A DNA stretch of 62,245 nt, the filler included, from Sluysia triapertura (Eukaryota), in the NCBI GenBank assembly GCA_046118255.1. It is 5 parts of 5 records of this genome, joined end to end, with 100 filler letters (N's around TTAATTAATTAA, not from the genome) between each part and the next. Parts side by side here need not be neighbours in the genome. Positions count along the whole stretch, not along the records: positions 12,269 to 25,786 come from JBJNIA010034932.1; 4 more parts are not named here. One strand, given 5' to 3'. Below are positions 12,363-25,886 of the stretch, piece after piece. The translations under genes were made by a program, and so were the position numbers. The notes below the pieces were generated by a model, which was given only the letters and a program-made list of their open reading frames with translations, had not been told where the DNA came from and ran no database searches. Position 1 is the stretch's first letter. Each line of letters opens with the position of its first letter.

Positions 12363-13087
12363 TTCTAGATAATTTCATTTATTTAGTGTGTCCTGTTGTA
12401 TTTCGTTTAGTGTGTCCATATTGTTTTCAGAATGTATATAAATTATAAAATTCCTATAATCATTCAATTGATAGTGAAAATTAATCTAGTTGTAACCACT
12501 TTCACAAATATATTACTTTCATTATATATTAACTTTTCTTATAGTTAATTCAAATTTCTATTTGTTCGTTTCTTTTAGCATTCACTTTCACTTGCAATTG
12601 GTGCTTTGATTTCATTATAATATGTAGCTTTCTCTACTTGCTAATTAATTGTTGTAATTTCTATTTCATATTCTTTGCATTTGTTTTATTTTATTTTATT
12701 CTTGACTGCAATACATTTTTCGAACTATTTTCGTTCTTACATTTGAATTTTCAAGCGTTTTGAAATTACTAATAACACCACCACTTCTAAATTATGTTTT
12801 CTATTTTACAGAGTTCGAATTATGTTAAATTTATATCTTTTAGTAAATGTCTGTCGTTATTTTTAGTTAATATTATTAACTCATTAACAATAAAAATAGA
12901 CTGATACGTATGAAATGACAGTAAAATTACAAAATTTGCAATTGAGAATGGTAACAGTTGATTGGTTAAGATCTTTTACTACTTAACTAAAAATGTGAAA
13001 GTGAATTATCAACACTAAATTCTGCATTAAATAACCATAACATTAAAATCTAAGATAAAATTTCTGATTTTTTGATATAATTTGTAG

Positions 13088-13393
13088 TAATACCACCAGA
13101 TAGAAATTTACCAGCTTTACCAACGCTACCGTCGAATCCTAATAAATATCCTGCTTTCGATTTGTCGCGAGTTGTATTAGACCATGATACTCATATGAAT
13201 GAATTTCGACCAAGTCATCAAAGATGGGGTCCAAAAAAATTAGACAGATATTATCTGGATGAATTGGAACTAGAACAGAAAATTGAGAATCGAAAAGCCA
13301 AAGCAATGGATGTATTAAAAAAATTACGGAAACGCTCTGGAACTAGAAAAGAAACCAACAAATATAAAGATGGACCTAGATTTGAATCTTGTA

Positions 13394-13458
<65 letters not shown>

Positions 13459-16400
13459 AAGAAACTAATTAATTTCATATAAAAATGGTCAATGTTACTA
13501 TTAAAATAAGAGGCGCCAAGATTTTTTTGGATTTATTGGAAACATTTCAGAATTTGTGATGTAGACAAAACATTTGTGAAATGTAATAATAATTTTACTT
13601 TTAAATATATCAAAATTGACAGTTTTTTATATTTACTTTTTATTTTGATAAATTTTCAATTAAAAAACATTTTTATACATTGTTTTCCTTGCAAAGTATT
13701 ATATAATAATATCATTTTACATGAATTTAAAAGAGAAAGTTAGTTGTGATTTTTATATTCTATCCTTAATAATATTCATTTATTATTTCATATTATTATT
13801 AACATTATCATCATGTTTTCATAATTTTTTATTGCTCTTTATAGAATAGTCGTCAATTTTCAAATCTGAATTTCTCTATTTTAACTTATATTAATATTTA
13901 ATAAACAATTTATTTGTGGCTATTGAAAAAAGTTTATATGATATTCTTGGCTTTGTTATTGGTCTATGTTGCCCAACCTTTATTTAAATGATATTAAAAT
14001 AATTGTTTTAAAACGTAGAGAATATGAAATAACAAATTTATATTTGTGATCTTTTGTTAATGTATAGCCAATAGTAAAGTGTATTTTAATGATTGTAATC
14101 ACCCAATCACATTTTTTTCTAATATCTGTCTCTACAATTATATATTAATAATACATCTCATTTAGAGCAAAATATTAGTTGATATTTAAATCATTGAAAA
14201 TTGTGTCAAAACTATTGTATTCGTGTATTTGTTTTTATTTATTCTTGTATTTATTTTTGTTTTTGCAATACATTATGAATATCTGCTTAGTGACTTGAAA
14301 TTAATTCTTGCATGCGAAAGGAGATATGCGTATTTCAAACTAAATTTCTCCATAGTCTAATAAGTGCGCAATTTTCGCAGAAATTATTGACAAACTCAAA
14401 CAATATAGTAAATTTATGTTTTAGCACTTCAAAATTCTAAGGATTTTTATAATTCTTTCTAATAATTTATCATTGTTGTGTCTTACAAATGAATATATTT
14501 TATTTTTGAAGTGGAGGTCTAAAATTCCATTTAGAATAATTATAGTATAATTGACTATAATAAAATAAAATTGTTAAACTGGGCTGATAGCTTAGTGGTC
14601 AAAGCACTGTGAGGTAAGAGAGCCCGAGTTCTGTAAGTCCATTTAATTACGAGAGTAAAAGCGCGTTTATATTTTAAATTTACCCATATATCGAATACTC
14701 CACAACAATAAATAAATAGAAGACAGCAATATTTTGTTAGCAATAATACACAAAGGCAACTTAACGCGTCTTTTATTATCCAAAACCATTCTAATTTCAA
14801 TATTGAATTCCAAATCTGCTTGTCTTAAAGTCATTTTGATGTAACCGGTTGTCCATACATAAAATTAAGTTCGCCGATCCACTTTTGCCTTAATTTTGTT
14901 AAAGAATTAAATTGGTTCGAATTCGAAAAAGTTAAAAAATAAAATAATCTTTCTTTTACTACATAGGTTTGCTTTTTTGTGATGAATTACCACAAACAAA
15001 CTCAACTCAACTTAATACGATTATTAAAAATAAAAAATAACATCCAAAAATAGGAAGCACTAATAACATAATAAAACTCAAAATTCAACAAACTTCCACA
15101 ATAATCGTAACAATGATAACAATACTTGCATTAACATGTACACTTAGTTACACACAACTATAATCTAAAATTTCTATTATTATGGAAAACGTTATTATTG
15201 TCGTCTTACTATTCTTCTATTTTTTGTCTCCATTGTTATTATTACATTCATTATAATTGTGTTTCTTTGTAATTTATGCTAATTCACTTATTTAGTTACA
15301 TTTATTAACTTCTTTTCGTATTTCGCATAGTTCTAACTAAAACGTTTGTTTGTGTTGCATCTTTTTATTCTGACATTTAATAATACAAACGTATTTAATT
15401 TTCTTAATTTAAATAGACTTAATTTTACAGATAAAATAAGCATATTTTAATACAACAGCAATAAAAGTATGATTATTATTATTATTTTTCTTTCAACCAA
15501 ATAAAGTAATTTAAGAAATTACCTCAGATCATCTTAATTTTCAAATATTTTCTCGTATAATTACACAGTTTAAGAATTATCAAATTTAAACTATAATTAC
15601 TTAAATAAAACTATATCGATTCGATTATAATTATTTTAAGTAACGATTATTTTTGAAATAATTTTATTTATGTTGAATAAATGTAGGTAACAAAATTATT
15701 AAAATACGATAACTTCATCAACTTATCTAGATATATTATTACTTTGAAAAATGATGTATGATTTTGAACTATAATACTTTCTTTGAGATTTTTCTTTATA
15801 CCAAAAATAATAATTTTTAAACATTATTTTATATAATTAATTTGTGTGAAAATCTCAAATCTGGTTTCAAAATTATACAACAATGACGATTTTAATGAGG
15901 TTCATTTGCTAGTGAAAGAATTTAGACGTTTAAACGATGATATGATGATATATGAGCTCGTTATTTTAACAGAACTATGGCAAATTATACGAAATCCGGA
16001 AACATTCAGCTGCACAATTATTAAAATCTCAAACATTTAGATTATATGGTGTTTCGTGTTCTCAAAAAGTTGAACATTTAAGTTTTTAAAGCTCTAATGA
16101 ATACTTTTGATGTTATTTGTTACTTAAATTTTTATTTGTTAAATTGGTCAAGTCAGCAAACTATCATAACTGATTCAACAAGTGAATTAGGAAGAAATGA
16201 CTGATGTGCATCATAATGAAATTAATATTTTAGAGGATGATCATCTTTCTATAAACAATCATTATTTAAATTAATTATTCAATTGAAAGTATTGTATTTT
16301 GTAAAAATATATAAATGCAAATGAAAGAATGCTCCAATGATCATTTGATGTCATGTTATTTGATATTAAAAAGAAAAAATGGCATCATGCCATATTGGAT

Positions 16401-19400
16401 TACATTCTGAGTCTAAAAGTGCATAATAGCCAAAAATTCCATGCCTGAATTATGTTCTATTATGGAGAAAAAATATGAGTATTTACAATGAATCTCATTG
16501 ACCGAGACGAAAATTGAATTGCCTTCATTATAAAGATTATATGGATAGTAACCATTATAGTAGTTATATCCTTATGAACTTCGTAAACCACATCATCGGA
16601 TTTATTTACATTATAGTTGGCAAGATCTTTGCAAGCACCGTCAACTTAATCATCAAAATTGTCTAAATCATACTTAACAAAATACTTACGATTATGGTTA
16701 ACTTTATCAGAATTATTCACATCATGTATAGCAAAATCTTTATGGGTACCGTTAATTTTACCATAAAAGTACTTTATCCAGAACAGCAGACATATTTAAT
16801 TAATTTATTTCTATTTACTTGAAATATTCAGATTATATTGCAATTTTTGATAAGCTTTATATGTTTAAAATTTTCAGTAATCTAAAATAATAGTAATAAT
16901 AATAATTATTATTTTAATAAAAATGTTAATTATTATAAATGTATATTACTTTCATTGCAAATAATAAAACTAAACAATTCTTTGGGAATAAAGTCTATTT
17001 TAAAATAAAATATCGTTTAATTTGTTAAACAATGTTTTGCCGTATTACTTTGGTAAATTTTATTTCGTTTTGAAAACTGATTGTAATTTTCTGTTACTTC
17101 AATTCTATTTCTCCTTGAATATCGTCAATTCTTGACAGATTAATTTGAATATATTTTTCTGTTATTTATAGTTTCCATTTTATTTTGTCAATTTCTTGCA
17201 GATTGATAATCGCATTCAGGCACTTTTATACTATACTGTACTTTCGAAATCCAAGTTTTCTACAAAAATCTTCACGTGCAACACACTTAAGAATTTCTTA
17301 TAATGGTTTTTGTATGCTTTTGTAATACCTCGATCAATAAATTAAATTTGAAGGAGGATATAATTTTGCACATTTTAAATTATTTTGAGTTTTGGAAATT
17401 AAATTTTTCTAAAGCAATAAATTACTTTAATAACAAAATTGTAATAATATGTGTTAATGTCGCCTTCACGTAAAATTACATTCTTTGTATCAGGTTGTGC
17501 GTCAGCTTTAACAAAATATTCTCTAATATCTGATAAAAAATACATTTCGAAATGGTTTAAAAACAGAACCGGAATTATTTTTTTTGTTGCTCTTCTGGAA
17601 TTTGAATTGTTGAATACACTTTGTTAAAATTGGAGGAGGTTAACCAACAAGCCATGCTGATAAAATTATAATATCGCGAAAAGGATTTAGGAATGTCAAG
17701 AAAAGTTGGAGGATAAGATTTAAATAGAGTTATTTTCTGTTTAATATTAAATTCATCGTTTTCTCCCCCTGATGCTTCATCGTTGCCAAATAGATGTATT
17801 TCTAAACTAGTTATTTTTAAGACTCATTTTCCGTTGCTCGAATTGTCCAATATTATGTTTCTACAGATTGAACGAAAATAAAAAGAAAATATGATAGAAA
17901 GTTAGGAAGATTTGTGATTGGTTTTTTTAGAGAAATCTCATTGTTATTAAAACTATGTTTAATTTTAAGTTTTGTTGTTGACGTTTTAATGTTAGTGTGC
18001 CAAGTCTTTATGTGATTAATATTTTGTGAATTAAATGTGATGTTTTGTTTATTTGTGTTTGGTAAAATTTTAAATGATAATAATAAATTTTATAATTAAT
18101 TTGAAAGTAACTAAATTAATTTGTATAGAATTATTTTTAGATTGGAGAACATGTAATGGTTTACGTATTTAAGTATTGTTATGTAAATGATTTGGAAACT
18201 ATTGAGAATTTTGTTTTAAAAAGCAAAATTCATATTATATAAGTTTATATGTAATTATTTATATATTATTTTGTATTTAAAAGTTCTGTTTAACTTTAAA
18301 CCTTTTGTTTAATAATTTATTGAAAATAAATTTATTCTTATATAATTTCAAAATAATTACAGATGGCTTCTTGGCAAAATATTGCATATTGAGTCAGATA
18401 AATGTAGCTTTATATCGTAATACTTTTGATACGGTTGGTTTTGCTAGTTTTACTTACATATTTTATCTTCTATCATATTCATAGTTTGGCTAATTATTTT
18501 GTAAAAATATCCTAATATTTTCAAATTATTTCTGGCAAAATAACAAATTTAATCTGAAATTAAAATACATTGTGAAAAAATTTCATTAAAAAATGCGAAT
18601 ATTGAAATATATTTTAATTTCCATTTTTATTATTTCTGAATTAAAATAGAAATAATTTAATTTAATTTACTCGGTTCCATTTATTTTCACTGTGTACTGA
18701 CACCTATTTCTGTAAGCACATTACAGCCAATGGGATTCTCTTAAACTTTTGCGGTACACTGTACTGTCCGCTACTGTTAGATATATTTCATTACAATTGT
18801 TTATTTTAATTATTTATTTACAATTGTTTATTTTAATTATTTATTTACAATTGTTTATTTTAATTATTTATTTACAATTGTTTATTTTCCATTTATTCAA
18901 ATTCACTTATTCCGTTCTAAAAATTAACACGGACTTAGCTACTATAATTACTGATTTTTTTGTAATTTTCTTATACAAAGTACTACTCAACTATATTATT
19001 ATTATTATTATTTATTATTCCACTATTTATATATTTTTGCATTTTAGCTCACTGTATATTGTGACTTACTGAATACATAAACAAGTACACACAAAACGAG
19101 TGTATAATACGAGTACAAGTATAAAAATGCAATTTAAATTTAAAATCAATAATTTTTTTATCATGCATTAAAAAAAATAATCTTAAATAAAGTACATCTT
19201 AAGAATAACTTAGAATAGATTTAACATATATTCATTCATTTGTAAGTTAAAAATGCAATTTATTCAATATGATAAATGGTAATACATATTTCTGTACATA
19301 TTTATATATTTATATTTAGATATATTTATTATGATTTACTTATTTAGTGTGATGATGACAAAAAAGGATGGTTAGATAAAGAAGAATTAATAGTGGCTCT

Positions 19401-19452
19401 TAAAGGTGTCAATCCATATTTAAAAGATTTAGATTTTGAATATGTTAATATG
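13088..19452 (+). CDS. Uncharacterised EF-hand calcium-binding protein, three internal exons (13088-13390, 18363-18433, 19348-19452)
   Basis: GT-AG exons splice in frame to ...DGPRFES/YGFLAKYCILSQINVALYRNTFDT/CDDDKKGWLDKEELIVALKGVNPYLKDLDFEYVNM; DDDKKGWLDKEE is an EF-hand-like loop (DxDxxGxLxxxE). Confidence 0.8.
13394..13457. repeat. (ATT)n microsatellite
   Basis: Direct inspection; explains the poly-Y tail of the ORF track. Confidence 0.95.
14581..14641 (+). pseudogene. Degenerate tRNA (tRNA-Ala-like) or tRNA-derived SINE head
   Basis: GGGCTGATAGCTTAGTGGTCAAAGCA (acceptor 5' strand plus A-box/D-arm) ... GAGAG CCCGAGTTC ... AGTCCA; anticodon and T arms partly deleted. Confidence 0.6.
18791..18888. 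repeat. 27-bp minisatellite, ~3.6 copies
   Basis: TTACAATTGTTTATTTTAATTATTTAT repeated. Confidence 0.92.
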
Positions 19453-20339
19453 GTTAATATTTTTTTCATTAAAATATATTAGTATTTGAAAATATTTAAT
19501 GAATTTATTAATTATTTGTATAGTTTTGCTAAAACATTTGATTATTTCTGGTTATTGTTTGTATGACTAATACATGACTCTGTACAATGAATGTCCGGTG
19601 GATACTAAATTAAAAAAACATGCTCGAAATCTAAAAGTTTAAAAGAGATTTACCAATGTAAAAGAAAATAAATATTTTACTAGAATTAAGAAACAATTTA
19701 ATAGTTCAGTGAAAGAATGATAATATGTAATCCATTACATTGAGTTAGAAAAAATGATTCTTAGTATTGTGTTTACCAATTGTATTTAAAACTAAACATT
19801 ACTAAAAAAGCGTTGATGTGGATTAACCCGTTAAGTACGGATCACATCAATAAGTGTTTTTGCGAAACTTCCGCGACATCTGGGTATCATCAGTAAGCAT
19901 TCTGAAGAATTTACTTATTGTCGCTGTATGCGTTGTTTATTTATGCTATCACTTGGATATATGTCAATTGTATACTCGAGATTTTAGATTTGTTTGTATC
20001 ACGTCTATTCCGTACTTAGAATTACGGAATAGTTGCAAAACTTTAATAATTTGCTAAAGTATTTTTAAAAATATTTACTGATTTCAAAAATATTTGCCAT
20101 TTTGCAAAATATTATGTTTAAATTAAGTAACAATTGTGTGATGGCCGATATATATTATAATTAAATTTAAAATAGAATTTGTAATCAAGAGTTATTAATT
20201 TTAAATTATTGAAAATTAATGCAAAGGAATAACTAATACAGTGATTATATTTATGCTTAAAAACAAAATTAACAAACAGAATATAAAAAAGTTCATAAAA
20301 ATATGGCAATTTAAACTTCAAGAGACCAGACATTTCCCA

Positions 20340-20911
20340 CGATTTAACAGAAAGACCAATATTAAGTAGATACTTGACAATCTGTACGTAACCACGATCG
20401 GAGAACCAAAGCGATCCATTATCTTGCATATATCTTTTAAAATAATTATCCAACTTAAAAAAGCTTGTGCATGATTTGTAAAAAGAATATCATAATCTCT
20501 AAAAAGTTTAATAGCATCAGAATACAACTGTATTGGTGCATTATAATCAAAAACTTTAAAATACTCATTAACTTTATTTTTAATAATAATATCATGATCT
20601 TTAAAAAGCTTAATGGCATCGGAATGTAACTGTATCGATGCATTATAATCACAAATTCTAAAATACTCATTAGCTTTATGTCCATTCCTTTTCCGTCTCT
20701 CTACGCGTTCCTCTGCATCATTCTGAATATTTTTCATAAGCTCATCTTGCGTCATTTCAGGAGTACAATCTATATTCCTCGTCCTCTGAGGATCAACAAT
20801 AAGGTCTTCACTTTGCTTCGAAGCTCTATCATCATTCACAATCACCAATTTTGAAACAGCATCTCCAACTTCATAAATCTCACTTAGGAAACCATCATCG
20901 TCATAATTCAT
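20340..20911 (-). pseudogene. TTC12: TTC12-like (TPR protein) intronless, 3'-truncated, frameshifted copy
   Basis: MTQDELMKNIQNDAEERVERRKRN...NEYF..DY..AI.LYSDAIKLFRDYDILFTNHAQAF resembles the TTC12 N-terminus (QEAFMxxVExDAxERxxRR...GNEAF...LYTNRAQAY); frameshift near 20460 continues as KLDNY.... Confidence 0.8.
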
Positions 20912-21023
20912 CTTGAATATATTTTTAAAATCATTTTAAAATTTTTTAAAATTACCTTCGTTCTTTATGATGTAGTTCATAAAAACAAAAAGACAATTAA
21001 AGACAATTAAAATAAAATAAATG

Positions 21024-21066
<43 letters not shown>

Positions 21067-21082
21067 TAATAATAATAATAAT
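21024..21082. repeat. (AAT)n microsatellite
   Basis: Direct inspection. Confidence 0.95.
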
Positions 21083-23712
21083 AAATGTTTTTTATAAAGA
21101 TAATTTTATTTTTAGAATTAATCAATTTTTAGCATTAAGCTATGAAGAAAATGAAAACTTTCAATTAGACTCCAAAACAGTGATTTTAAACCTTGTCTCA
21201 AGTCAATCCACAGTTGAGGAAAAATTTTACGATCAGCTAAATCTAAGAAATTTAGATGATAATGTTAATTCATTAAAGTTAATTTAATATTTTAATTTTG
21301 CTGATTGGCTACTTGCATTTTTGTTATCTAAAAACATTATAATTGCATTATTTCAAAAATGTAGCTAAAAAAACACTGCTTTAGAAGTCTTACGGAAATT
21401 TTAGGCAAAGAACTATTTTATATTCATATTTAACATATATAAAATATAATATACAAACACAAGACAGTAGCAAGTTCGTTTACATATCTTAAATTACATG
21501 TACGCATACATGTTACAAATTTAACAAAGAAGCTATAGACGAAAATTGTAACATCTTACTTAAACAGAAAAATTACGCAGTAATACAATAGACAAACTCA
21601 AATAGAAAATGATGCAATAAAGAACCAATATTAGGCAAACTTTTAAAACATTAAACAACAGTATCAGAGATAAAACTTAACGTAGATCTATCACTATTTA
21701 TTAATAATTAATAAAAAAGGATCTAAAACAAAATACTAAATATTTTATTAATTAATATTTTATTGTAGATTATTAAAACATTATTTTATTTCATTATAGT
21801 TTAATAAATCATTATTTATTATTAAATTCATTTTGCTTGGCAATATTTTAGAGTTGAAAATTAGTTAAAATTTGATTCTACTTTTCTATTAAGGCTTATC
21901 ACACCATATCTTTATCGACAAACACATACACAATGTTGACACAGCATTCGCATTCAACTTTTTTCATAAAAACGTGTTTTTAGGACTTTAATTAATCAAT
22001 CTATTTTTAGACTTCACCTTATTTTGTGCTTAAAGGTTTTGAACTTGTTTGGTACTTTATGATTTCGTTTACATCACTCTAATTCCGTTTTCTATTTATG
22101 CATGTTAACTATTAATGTACCAAATTCATCTTTAATATTACTAACTTTAATTTTATTTCAAATATTTTACAAACACTTATGAAAATCTCAAATACTTTTA
22201 AAGGTTGATAATATCTCAAATAGCCTCATGGTTCACAAATTCAAGGGTACTCAATGCTCCAAAACATATTCAAACAAATCTCAATGGTATCAACACTTTT
22301 GAAAATAACTATAGATGAATTCGTCTTCAACCATGTTATATTATATTAGCCCATCATTTCATATCATTCCAAGCATTATTCAACTTCGCGCCTTACTCGT
22401 CTGTTGGATAATCTAAACTTTACGTTGATGCATGGCCTTAATTTACAATACAATTTTTATTTTGAATTACATATAAATGTTACATATGTTTTTTATATTA
22501 AATTGTTATAAGTTTTGATTATTTGTTTTGACATGTACTTATATTTTGATATTAATTTTTTACGTTATACTTTGATAGAAATTATATTTTAAATTAACCA
22601 AGAAAATTATAAAAGTTTTGCATAAAATTTTTATGAATGATTCAAACCCATGTTGGAATGAACTTTTACAATATAAAATAGAACTTCATACTTTAGAAAA
22701 GTAATTTCAATTTCAAATACATTAAAGTCCCACACACTACGTATAACTTATTCTGGTTGGATACTTATTTTATTGAAATAAAACATAACATACTAAAATA
22801 CTCAATTCGATTTCTGTTGATACAAAAATAAAATCTTTTAAATTTACAAACAATTCAAATAATTCATTCAAATAAATCATTCATTCCTAATAATAATTTT
22901 GAATAATCTGATTAATATACAAATTTGAACAGTTTCGAAAATTAAGTTCACCAGAAATTCCATGACCCTAATGGTCAGTTTTATCAAACAAATCTGAGCC
23001 TACAATAGCTTCAATAAGAAATAACGGTTTGGACCTAGAAAATAAAAAAAAATATGGTATGCCTTTAATTTCAGTTTCCAATACTTTGGAGCTGTTACAA
23101 AATTTCAAGAAAAATATTTATTCAGAACAAAAAGTTCAAGTAATAAATGTATCTGGAAACTGTCATTAAAAGGTTTTGTAAACCAGAAAACTGTAGTGTA
23201 CATTGATAATCGATATGACAATATATAAACCATACTATTATGCAAGGTGAAATTTTAAATAACATAACTGAAATGACTAATAATTCTAGGAATGTAAAAG
23301 CAAAAGCTGAAACGTTGCATATTGCGACTCTGGTAGCAAACGTGTTAACTCCTAAAACTTCACTTTTACCCCTTTTCTCCGACCACAGTTCTAGAGAATC
23401 AATCATGTTTTCTTTGATCATATCTCGAGATCTAACTAATAGCTTGTTGAAAAATAGGTTCATGCAAGTTCTTCTCAAATACCTATAGCTACTGTTGGAA
23501 CACATTTGAAACCCTGTGCGCATAAATCCAATTTAATTTACTTATGTTATCAAACATTGGTAACACAATAGATAAATTAAAAAAATTTCAAAAATTTTGT
23601 CCAGACGAGCCAGATTAGTCAAAATGGCTAATATTTTTGACAAACTTGATAATTTTCGACCCAAGTTATCTCTAAATGTGCTGTTACGATATGAAATACA
23701 AAAACATTTTAA

Positions 23713-23935
23713 CCCTTTGAGGTCTTCTGTCGAGGCAGCCCCGACGGTAATATAACATAAACATCGAATCGTTTATGTAATCTGTTATATGTCGAAGATG
23801 GTCCGATAAGAAAATGCTTACATTTCGCATTTTTATTTTTATCAGGCGTTTAATTATGAAAATTTTGTGTTTTCGCTGGAATTAAATTGGACTTGTAGAG
23901 GGGATTCAATGGAAATAAAATAGGACTACAAAGGG
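23713..23935. mobile_element. piggyBac-type MITE
   Basis: TTAA|CCCTTTGAGGTC ... GACTACAAAGGG|TTAA: TTAA target duplication and CCCTTT termini. Confidence 0.8.
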
Positions 23936-24525
23936 TTAATTACCTTTGAAAATTATATTATTATATAAAAATCACCCTGTATAATTAAAAACTAAATACA
24001 CATATAAAATATAAATTCATTAAACCATAAATTATAAAAAACTTCGTAAAATGCTTCTTTCTGAAAACCAAATTATAATTTTATTGCACTTCAACATATT
24101 ATATGAAATATTCAACCTTAAAAAATATAATTCCGGCAAATAATGAGTTAATAAAATCATAATCCAAGTCATAATCCAAGAAATATACAATAAAATAAAA
24201 CAAATCTAGGTTTGATTTATAGATCTTTGCGAATTTCTAGCTATTTTACCGCTCTCTAAAATAGTTCTTAGAGCCCTAATAACACAAAATACTACTACTA
24301 CTACTTCTAATAATAATAATAATAATATAATAATAATAATAATAATAATAATATAATAATAATAATCCGACATAATATTCATTAAGATTTGTTAATTATG
24401 ATTTACATAAATTAGTCGAGTATCGAGTCTCCATAAGCAATTATTTGTAAACAATGTAATTTTAAAACATTTTCTTTATGCCGTTAAATTAGTGTTACAA
24501 AGTATGTATAAATAAACTACATTCA

Positions 24526-24687
24526 TCAGCACATTATAGTATTTTCAGCTAATTTGTGATTCGATGTTGCAGATTCAGAAGCATTAGATTTTACATTATT
24601 AGCATTCGGTTTCGTATATGACTTAGTACTTTTATTAAATTGTAATGTAAAATTACCTAATGTTCCACAATGACGATTTTTTACAAG
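24526..24687 (-). CDS. TWNK: Last coding exon of Twinkle-like mitochondrial DNA helicase (SF4/DnaB family); not in ORF track
   Basis: tttag|LVKNRHCGTLGNFTLQFNKSTKSY...ENTIMC*; matches the Twinkle C-terminal pattern VxKNRxxGxxGxxxLxFxK. Confidence 0.7.
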   Translation of the reverse strand, partial: LVKNRHCGTLGNFTLQFNKSTKSYTKPNANNVKSNASESATSNHKLAENTIMC

Positions 24688-25149
24688 CTAAATTAAAATA
24701 ATGACATTGTTTATTATTATTATTTTTATATTATGATATAATAATAATAATATTATTATTATTCTAAAATTATCTAAAAAACTCATCGAATATTGAATTA
24801 TTATTCAAGTAAGTAATTATTCAACTTTACCAGTTCTTGGTTAGAAAAAAGATGATTAAATATGCAACTCAAATAATCTGCAATTTCTACACTCGTCAGT
24901 TCACATATAAAACATGTCACATTCCTTTTAATCTCTCACTTATAACTTTGCACCCTCTATCATGCTCATTTTACTCGCATATAATACTATCATTGTATCT
25001 TCAACATTTTTGACCTGAAGATATTGGTGCTTAAATTCGTGCGATTTTATTTGTTGCAAAGAAAACTGATTTGAGTTATATTATCTATTTACATCATTTT
25101 AGACTAACTTTCACTTTCGTTAGCCTCATTACGCTCCATGTCTAACCAT

Positions 25150-25326
25150 CTTTGAAAACGAAGAAGCAATAACGTGGATTGAAAAATTGGTGGAAGGGTA
25201 TTTGTTTTTTTCTAATGATTTAATAAATTAATTTTGTTATCTGGAATTTTTTGCACGGTTTTTATTCTCGATCAGCACTCATTTTTCATAATTGTAAAAA
25301 CCGCACAAACTTATGCACCAACCCAT
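25150..25326 (+). mobile_element. Mariner (cecropia/Hsmar1-like) 3' remnant
   Basis: GIEKLVE transposase C-terminal motif followed by TIR AACCGCACAAACTTATGCACCAACCCAT (cf. GGTTGGTGCAAAAGTAATTGCGGTT on the other strand). Confidence 0.7.
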
Positions 25327-25786
25327 TAATATCTACTGCGAATTTTGTCGTTTTTTCAACAAATATATAAAGTGATTTAAATAATCATTGATTGTGTAAT
25401 TACACTGATGTGTTGAAATTGTATAATGTAAAATATTTTCTTTTTAATCTTTGTTAGATAAAAAATGTTGGAACACAGCACTGACTTTATTTTAGCGCAC
25501 TTATTCAATGGTAACAAGAATCAATAGGATTGTCAGGTTTTAATTTTAATCTGTGCAATTCGTGTTTTTAATCTTAATTTGTGTTTATTTATTTAATTTA
25601 TGCAATTTGTGTTTAATTATGTATTTTTATTTTTTTTAATTAAATAATTATTATTATATTTAATAAATTAAAAATAAACAAGTTTAAAATATAAATAATA
25701 ATTGGAATCGAAATTAATTAAAGAAAAAATTAAATTAATGAAATTAATAAATCTTAAAATAAAGAAAATTAATAATGAAGAAATTA

Positions 25787-25886
25787 NNNNNNNNNNNNNN
25801 NNNNNNNNNNNNNNNNNNNNNNNNNNNNNNTTAATTAATTAANNNNNNNNNNNNNNNNNNNNNNNNNNNNNNNNNNNNNNNNNNNN
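25787..25886. other. Artificial contig linker
   Basis: N44-TTAATTAATTAA-N44. Confidence 0.97.

Noticed and set aside
17040-17800. Possible Gypsy pol remnant on the minus strand
   Set aside because: Too degenerate; no YxDD or other diagnostic motif recovered.
18791-18888. CRISPR-like array
   Set aside because: Head-to-tail repeats without spacers; eukaryotic context and no cas genes.
20455-20685. Separate 76-aa ORF
   Set aside because: Alternative frame of the TTC12-like duplication.
23122-23523. Overlapping ORFs on both strands as the next EF-hand gene exon or a separate gene
   Set aside because: No recognisable motif or frame-compatible splice sites found.
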